Positions 55,767 through 64,000 of a DNA stretch of 64,000 nt are shown here, one piece after another (within the stretch, counting starts at the first letter, position 1; each line of letters begins with the position of its first letter). Both the position numbers and the translations under genes were made by a program. The notes under the pieces were generated by a model. That model worked only from the letters and a program-made list of their open reading frames with translations. It was not told the DNA's origin and made no database searches. The stretch is from contig OX597830.1 in the NCBI GenBank assembly GCA_951406725.2, positions 21,142,001-21,206,000 of the forward strand, given 5' to 3'. This stretch comes from Octopus vulgaris (Eukaryota).

Positions 55767-56035
55767 TGGTGTAGTGGTTAACAGTGTGTGCTACTAACCC
55801 CAAGATTCCAAGTTCGATTCCAGGCAGTGACCTGAATAATAATAATAATAATAATAATAACATCAAAAAATACCTTAAGAATGAGAACCCAGGTTCGAAA
55901 TTTCCCCAAGACACCTGATGTAGGTTGGAGGGTGTATCAGCCGAAACGTTGTGTTAACAACAAATAAGATGAGGACAAATATCTGTCAAATGTAAATAAT
56001 GTAAATAATTCCTCATTTCTTAAATATAGAACTGA
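55767..56035 (+). mobile_element. Short retroelement with tRNA-like head, (AAT)n spacer and hammerhead-like tail motif
   Basis: A box TGGTGTAGTGG (55767), B box GTTCGATTC (55812), motif acac-CTGATG(t)-aggttg..cagcc-GAAACGTT-gtgt (55911-55954). Confidence 0.65.
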
Positions 56036-56092
56036 ATTTTTATATAATTCCTAATAATATTTAATCATAAAAATATTGTAGGATTTTTTAAA

Positions 56093-56509
56093 CCCTTTAG
56101 CATTTAACCCTTTAGTATTTAAACCGGCCATATCCGGCCAAAATAGCTAGTCTGCTTTATGTTCAAACTGACCAGATCCAGGCTCTCACACCCACCCTAC
56201 AATGTTATTCTACATTAAGTAATTACACCATCAAGATCTTGAAGATATGGGATAATGCATGATTAATTCAAATCAATGGGAATCAATAGGCATTATGTTT
56301 GATAGAATAATCTGAACACTAAAGGGTTAAACCAGCCAGATCTAGCCCATATATTCTAATAATATATGGGGTCAGCCCGATCTGGCCTCTCACACCTACC
56401 CAATAATGTCGTTCTAAAAATATAAAGCTACAAGACAACCCAGGATTAATTCAAATCGATGTGAATTAATAAGAATTACATTTGGCAGAATAATCTGAAT
56501 GCTAAAGGA
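56093..56509 (+). mobile_element. Nested piggyBac-like P1 MITEs (young copy 56108-56326 inside an older copy)
   Basis: Inner copy is flanked by a duplicated TTAA that splits the outer copy's ccctttagcat-ttaa-accagcc start. Confidence 0.85.
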
Positions 56510-57129
56510 TTAGACATTGAAAGGGTACGGGGGGGGGGGGGGGCACCCAAGTAAAAATAGCAATCAAAAGGGGCCTTAGGTAAATGAAAGGTTGAGAACC
56601 CCTGATTTAAACAATTTCTTCTTGACCTTTTCAGTGACTTAGTTAATACAACCCCCCCCCGCTTCCTAAAACAACTAAATATTGACACCAGATACTCACC
56701 ACCACCACCATCTACCCTTGTTGTCTAAATTACCTTGAAGAAGAAGAAGAAAAAGAGAGAGAAGTAAAACAGAACAAAGTGTTTGAACTTTTAACCTTTA
56801 CTGAATTGCTTCCATTCTTTTTTTCTTTGTCCTTTCCCAGTCAACAAGTAGTTGTTGTCAGGTAGGATGGTAGGTGAGAATGGTTGAGATGTGCCAGATT
56901 AGAAATGGTAAAGGAATCTCTTTGTGTAGAAGTCTTGCTGCTGTTCTTTGCTTATTATTGTTATTGTTCTAGATCTTTCTAGCCAATATTGGATCAGGTT
57001 ATATATGTGCTTGTGTGTGCGCGTGTGTGTGTGTGTGTGTGTGTGTAGGAGTAATAGAGAATATGGACTCAGAGAATGTGTGTATGTATGTAAATATATA
57101 TGTATATGTATGTGTGTATACATACATTC

Positions 57130-57204
<75 letters not shown>

Positions 57205-57313
57205 AGTAATAGAAAATATGGACTCGGAGAATGTGTATATATGTACATGTATATGTATCCATATATGTGTTTATATTTATGTGTATGCATACATACATTC
57301 ATGTGTGTGTATA

Positions 57314-57362
<49 letters not shown>

Positions 57363-59789
57363 CTTCTTATAACTTTGTGTCATCTTCCTTTTACACAATG
57401 TCTATGTAGTGTCAGAGGGTCTTTTTTTTATTTTGTTATGTTTGTTTTTTTATCTATTATTCTTATTACTTTTTGTTCCGGTGGCAGGGTGGGGGTAAGG
57501 TCTAGAAAATAAGATAATACCATTAAAATAGAGCATAGTTTGAACATTTCCCTTTCCTTCTATCTCTTCTTATTCCAAAGTATTTCTCATTTCATTCCTT
57601 AAAAACTTATTCACTTATTCTCAATTCCCTTAATTCCATAAGATTCTTACGGCACCGACAAGAGATCACCATCTGTCTTGGCATTTTCCATGGCGTATTT
57701 ATTCCCCACCTGGGACAGGATGCCGTCCTTTGCAGGATTACTTATTTTTACCTGTTGGATAGACTGAAGCATAGTGAAATAAAGTGTCTTGCTCAAGAAC
57801 ACAATGTCTCACCCGGTCCAGGGATTGAAACCACAATCTTATGATCATGAGTCCAACACCCTAACCACTAAGCCACCTGCTCCACAGTGCCCTACCTTCT
57901 GAGTTCATACCCAGCTGAGGTCAGCTTCGTCTTTTCTTCTTTCTGGGTCAGTAAAATATAAAATACCATTTAAGTACTGATGGTCAACATAATAAGGTGC
58001 AGTCATGGCTATGTGGTAAGAAGCTGGATTCCCAACCACATGGTTCTGGGTTCGGTCCCACTGCGTGGCACCTTGGGCAAATGTCTTCTACTATAGTCTC
58101 AGGCCAATCTCAACACCACTATCACGAGTTCAAGTTCGGCTCTGCTACTTCAATGAAACATTTAGCAAATTTGTCATGTACCCACGAGTCAAAAAGGATC
58201 TTGTATGCAGCTAGTTCACTTGCTAAAAATAGTAGCCAAATATCCATCAAATCACACTATGACATCTTTTAAAAGAAAAGGAAGGACACTTTGGATTGAT
58301 AGTTTTAGATTCAGCAAGTTTATAGTGTAATGATAAGTCAAAAGGGGTTCCGTATGTGGCTAGTTCATTTGCTAAAAACAACAATCAAATATCTATCAAA
58401 TCACATCCGGGAAAAAGGAAGGGCACATACACGTATCTGTGATGGGCTTCTATACAGTTTTCATGTACCAAATTCACTCAGAAAGCAGTGGTCAATCTAG
58501 AACTATAATATAAAAGACACTTGCCTGAAGTGCCCTGCACTGGGAGTGAACCCCAAAACCTTGGGGTTGCAAGGCTAGCTTCTTCACTGCACAGCCATGC
58601 CTATGCCAATTCTAAACCAATATCTATATTATTATCTCTTGTCAAATTCTCCAGAACCATTCACATTAGAGAGGGTAGGGTATTCTTTTGAGAAGGAGGT
58701 TTTTGGCTGCTCTTTCTAGCAAATTGCACAACCCACGCACCCATCCATCCATGTCAAGGGTTTGGGTCTGGGTGTATCAAGCTACTTACATTGTAGCACT
58801 TTTAGTTAAGTCCTCTCTTCCTTTCAATTAATCCTTCCTCTGATTAATCCTCTCCTGAATCACTCTTGTCATGGACACCAGGTGTCACCACCAGGTAATT
58901 GGCCAGGTTGTTAGGGGTAGTGAAGGGGTGGAGTGATTGTGTTTTGTTTAAGAAGCTGTACATTATCCTGGGAATAATTGCCTTTGATGTTGATAATGAT
59001 TTTTAACACGTTTTCCATAATGTACTTCTCTCTCTCTCTCTTTCTATATATATATATATATATATTCTATATGTGTGTATATACTTTATTTGTATGTATA
59101 AATCGTCATCGTCATTTAACTTCCACTTTTCCATGCTTGCATGGGTCGGATAGAGTTTAAATATGTACACTGAATTAATCCTTTAGAATTTAAACCATCC
59201 ATGTCCAGTCAAAATTATTCTACAAGTTTTATGTTCCAACTGACCAGATCCAACTTCTCACACCTGCCCTACAATGTCAGTTTTGAAATAAACAATCACA
59301 TCATTGATATCTTGAATCTGTGAGATGATGCATAATTAATTCAAAACAATCTGAATAAATAGGGTTTGCATTTGATAGAGCAATCTGATTGCTAAAGGGC
59401 TAGATCATGCATACAAGTACTAGTCTTAAGGAGCAGTGGCTGCCAATAAGAAAAAAACTAGGGCCTTCAAGACCCATTCAACTCATACCAGTTGGAAAAG
59501 TGGATATAAGATAATGATGATGAATGTATCTTTGTACCTATCTCTCTATCTATCTATCTATCTGTCATTCTATTTTTCTTTCCATCTATTTTATCTGTCT
59601 ATCAATCTATCTCTTATCCCTCCGGCTATCTGTCTGTCTGTCTGTCTAGCTCAAGATATACAATAATCCCTCGCCATATCGCGGTTTATTATTTAAGCTT
59701 ATGTCAATTCCTCCGTTGTGTTGTTTTGCATTTATAATAAAATAAATATATAAAATAAATATATACAAATCATAAGAATAAAAATACAT

Positions 59790-60135
59790 AAGTAGCTTGT
59801 TTACCAACCACATGGTTCCGCATTCATTCCCACTGCGTGGAACCTTGGGCAAGTGTTTTCCACTATAGCCTCGGGCCAACCAAAGCCTTGACGGAAACTG
59901 AAAGAAGCCCGTCATATATGTATGTGTGCGTGTATGTTTGTGTGTCTGTTTGTCCCACCAACATCACTTGACAACTGACGGTGGTGTGTTTACATCCCCG
60001 TAACTTAGCAGTTCGGCAAAAGAGTCTGATAGAATAAGTACTAGGCTTACAAAGAATAAGACTCGGGGTCGATTTGCTCGACTAAATGTGGTACTCCAGC
60101 ATGGCCGCAGTCAAATGACTGAAACAAGTAAAAGA
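59790..60135 (+). mobile_element. SINE family A
   Basis: Core and tail match the family. Confidence 0.85.
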
Positions 60136-60418
60136 GTATATATAGTGTAGTACTGTTTCTACCTTGCCAATTTTCACCTATCGTGGGGCGGGGTTTAGAA
60201 AGTAACACCCGTAATAGTCGAGGGGTTATTGTATATATGTAACAGTTTTTATAATTCTACCCTTTTCTGTCTCCTCTCTCATTTCTGTACTATCTTCCTG
60301 TCCTCTGCCCCTAAAAGTATATATCCCACTGCTTCCTTTTCCATTGAACTTATTTACTAATACTTGTGTCTTTTCTTTTCTTTTTTCACATGTTCCTGAA
60401 TCTTCCCCCACCTGGCAG

Positions 60419-60642
60419 GAGCACGTCCGTTTGTGTGCGATGAGTGCCCGAAGGCGTTCAAACACAAGCACCACCTAACCGAACACAAGCGGCTGCACAG
60501 CGGTGAGAAACCATTCCAGTGCAAGAAGTGCTCCAAGCGCTTCAGTCATTCTGGTTCTTACAGCCAACACATGAATCACCGCTACAAATACTGCAAACCA
60601 CCGAAGCATGACGAGGAGGAAGACATCGGCGCGAATGAGTGA
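60419..60642 (+). CDS. ZEB: ZEB last coding exon with the final two C2H2 fingers and the stop codon
   Basis: Pyrimidine tract then cctggcag| at 60418 (phase 1; G+GA completes the HSG-ARPF linker); [53 protein letters not shown]; TGA at 60640-60642. Confidence 0.96.
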
Positions 60643-61140
60643 ATGGGCCACTTACATCATCAGAAACAACATCAAACTACCACTACTACTACTATGATTA
60701 CTACTGCTACTACTACTACTACAACTCCTTCTACAACTAGTTCTACTACTACTACTATTATTGCTATGTCATCCATGTTAACAATTGCATCGATAACATC
60801 AACACTGCCACTTTGCTTCATTGACAACAACAACAACAACACCACCGACAACAACAACTAACAACATACAACATACAACTACATCATCAACCGCAACAAC
60901 AGTTACACCTCCACCACCTCCACTGCCACTTTGCTGAGTAACAACAACAACAACTACACGAACAACGGCAAGTACATCAGCATCGTCATTATCATTATGA
61001 TCATCGTAATCGTCGTCATCATTACCATTAAACGTCATCGTTATCATTATGTTCAACGGGAATAACTGTCATTATTAAAATAGTTATAGCATCAATATTG
61101 GTTTTTTAAAAATTTTTTTTTTTTTTTTTTAAATAGCCGC

Positions 61141-61172
<32 letters not shown>

Positions 61173-61808
61173 TAATAACAATAATAATCATGATAATGAT
61201 GATGATAATAATAATCATGATAATAGTAATAATAATAATAGTAATAATAATATCTTTCCCTCCCCCCCAAACACACATAAAGAATCACAGAAACATGGTG
61301 CTGGAGAGAAACGGCATTAATGAGTACAACTGGTACCATCAACACATACCCTTCTCTTCCATTTCTACTTCACATATATGTACACTATATACACCACACG
61401 TGCATATGCGTATATATATATATATATACATAAACTCCTGTACTTTGGCTACAGAAGTGTTGTGTTCCTGGAAAAATCTTGCCGTGATGTGGAATTTCAA
61501 AATGCAGAATTTATTTTCACATTTGGCTTTCTCTGTTACATGACATGAGTAATGGTAAGGAACTTGCATTTTGCTTTACAGAATTCTGTGCTGAGGCACC
61601 AGTTCCAAGAACACAACATATCTGAAATCCTGGAGATACCTGTATGTTTGCATATATATATATAAACGTACATATATATGTATGTGTGTGTACAATGTAT
61701 ATATAAATCACAGATGGGACCACAACAAAAAGATGAGAATGATGATGGTGATGATGATGATAGGAGGAGGGAGAAGCTTATGTTTATGTGTGTGTGTATG
61801 TATGTATG

Positions 61809-61840
<32 letters not shown>

Positions 61841-64000
61841 TACTGAGAACAGCAGTATCTACCATGGGATTCCAAGGAATGGAAATGCAGAAGTAATAAT
61901 TATTAGAAATAAAAATCATTATTAAAACAATTAAGCAACCAAATGAAAACTCTATTATATCACTTAATTAAAACAGAAGCAACAACCATAACAACACTAA
62001 CAAAGAACATGGTCAAAACCACATGAAGGTCAGAGGTCATATGTACAATTTTCCTCCACCTACCACCTTCCTTCTGCTATAAATAACATCCCTTACACCT
62101 CAGGATTCAAAGGATGATGGTGCATGCAATCACCACTTCTCTCACTACCACCACCACCACAACTCCCATATTTGGTATGCCCTAACTATACATGATATTC
62201 CTGCTGCTCCCTAAATTTGGTCACATTTTAATATAATAATTCCTTGGTGGGGATAGCACTTTCCCTTGTTTGTTGGTATGATATACATACTTCCATATCT
62301 ATCTATTTAAAGATATATACATATAGGTATGTATGTATGTATATATATATATATATATGTATAATATATATGTATGTATATGTATAATATATATGTATAA
62401 TATATACCTATATATAAGTATAATATATATAATGCACATATATTTATATATATGTGCACATGTGTATATATTTTTGTTTGATAGATTTTTGGAAATTTTG
62501 ATATTTTTTTTTAGGGATTTGATTTTTTAATGTCTATTTTAGTGCCTTTACTTCTTTCCCTTTTCTATGTGCATACATAATATGAAAAAAAAAGGCACAT
62601 GTACACACACATGCAGATGCACACTTGCACGCAACACTCATTTGCATATATGGTATGCATAAATGTATAAACATTAGATCTATATACATACATATCTATC
62701 ATAACGCGTACACACATATATATATATGTGTCGCATATATACATACATACACACATACACATGTAGGTATGTATGTATATGCATATATATATGTGTATAT
62801 ATGCATGTATGTGTGTGTTTTTTTTTCTCTTTTTCTATAAGAAAATGCAATATGAGAAATATTAGGAAAAAAATAATAAAGGACATCATAAATGGTGGTG
62901 GTGGTGGTGAAGGTGTGGTGACATAGATTATGGTCAAGGAAGAATATTCTGGGCACAGACATGCACACACACACACAATATTATACATAATTCAGATTTT
63001 TTTTTTTTTTTCATTTTTTCACCCCCGTGTCTTTCCTTAAGTAACCTCTCATTTTATGTTGTTTTTTTTTTTGGTTTTTTTTTTACCTCCTCCTTGCTCA
63101 TAAAATACTGGAAAAAAAAAAATCACCAATAGCAGTAATAATAATAATAATACACCACCAACAAAATGGCTACATTAACAACAGCAAGAGCATCATCATC
63201 TGTCTTCGAATGTTGAGTGGAAAAGTAAAAGAAACAGTGGTGTTGTTAAAATAAAGAAATGATAATTAAATCTGAAATAAGACAAAATACAAATTATAAA
63301 AAATATATATATGTATATATATATATACATATATATATAAAACAAACAAACAAGAAAATATTGAAATCTGTATAAAATATTGATTGATATCAAAACTCTG
63401 AGACCCACTTTCCTCTTTGAATGAAGAAATGAACTTATATGACCTGACCGTATATTATTCTTAGTTCCCTTGAATTTCAACTTTTTTTTTTGTCCGTGGG
63501 TAAAAAGAAAATAAACCAAATAACAAAACATATGTATAACAGAAATATAAAAATGATAAAAAAGGTATAAAAAATAGAGGGGTTTAATTCTCCCCCTATA
63601 TATATGTATGTATGTATATATATATATATATATCATTTATTCAATGCAAGCAATGATATAATAGGGACCTATGTTTTTTTTTTTTTTTTTTTTCCCCCCG
63701 ATTTACATGTCGGTTTTAATGAAATGCCGTATTATAACTAAGTCCGATGCAAGATAATGATTGGTATTGATTGATCCTTTGAAAAGAAAACAAAAAATTA
63801 TCAGTCAATTTATTTGCCCCCACCCTCCTCCAGAAGAAGAAAGGGCTGGGTGTGACCTTGTTTCCTTGATATTTACTGACCATAATATTTCACATTTTGC
63901 TTCCAGTTTTTTTTTTTTTTTTTCCGAAGAAAAAATTTTTTTCCCTGCTTATTTTTTTTCTTCCATAATCGTCTTCCAAAATAAAAGCTTAACAGTTTTA
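60643..64000 (+). other. Probable long 3' UTR of ZEB
   Basis: No recognisable SINE or MITE in 3.3 kb, unlike the introns. AU/U-rich tracts and several AATAAA hexamers (e.g. 63980-63985). The true end cannot be determined. Confidence 0.6.

Noticed and set aside
55767-55830. Functional tRNA gene (also the heads of SINE A and B copies)
   Set aside because: A and B boxes are present but acceptor and anticodon stems do not pair properly and the sequence runs into repeat bodies.
61660-62810. Pumilio elements TGTANATA in the 3' UTR
   Set aside because: They arise trivially from interrupted (TA)n repeats that are equally common in the introns.
60643-64000. miR-200/miR-8 sites expected from the vertebrate ZEB feedback loop
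   Set aside because: No CAGTATT or CAGTGTT found by eye on the sense strand (only an offset CAGTAT at ~61853). The UTR may extend beyond the window, so absence is not proven.

Overview
Eukaryotic, AT-rich animal DNA saturated with microsatellites and SINEs. The repeat landscape looks like an octopus/coleoid cephalopod (inference). The window holds most of one + strand gene, the ZEB/zfh1 (zinc finger E-box-binding homeobox) orthologue. Five coding exons with matching splice phases are visible: 7710-8258, 27168-27512, 42943-45440, 54960-55152 and 60419-60642, about 1,270 codons in total. They encode 9 zinc fingers, a homeodomain and a PLDLS CtBP motif; the first exon probably lies upstream of the window. 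The introns carry tRNA-derived SINEs, piggyBac-, mariner- and hAT-like MITEs, Helitrons and very long simple repeats. Nearly all other listed ORFs are microsatellite artefacts. The most notable observations are: (1) a dense intronic cluster of ZEB-type CACCTG/TACCTG sites, a possible autoregulatory element; (2) a tRNA-headed short retroelement with a Penelope-type minimal hammerhead ribozyme motif, plus two other hammerhead relics; (3) an in-frame 72-codon ORF directly after the TGA stop, a readthrough or editing candidate; (4) twin miR-34 8mer sites in the 3' UTR; (5) a possible internal alternative first exon; and (6) several near-perfect intronic hairpins.
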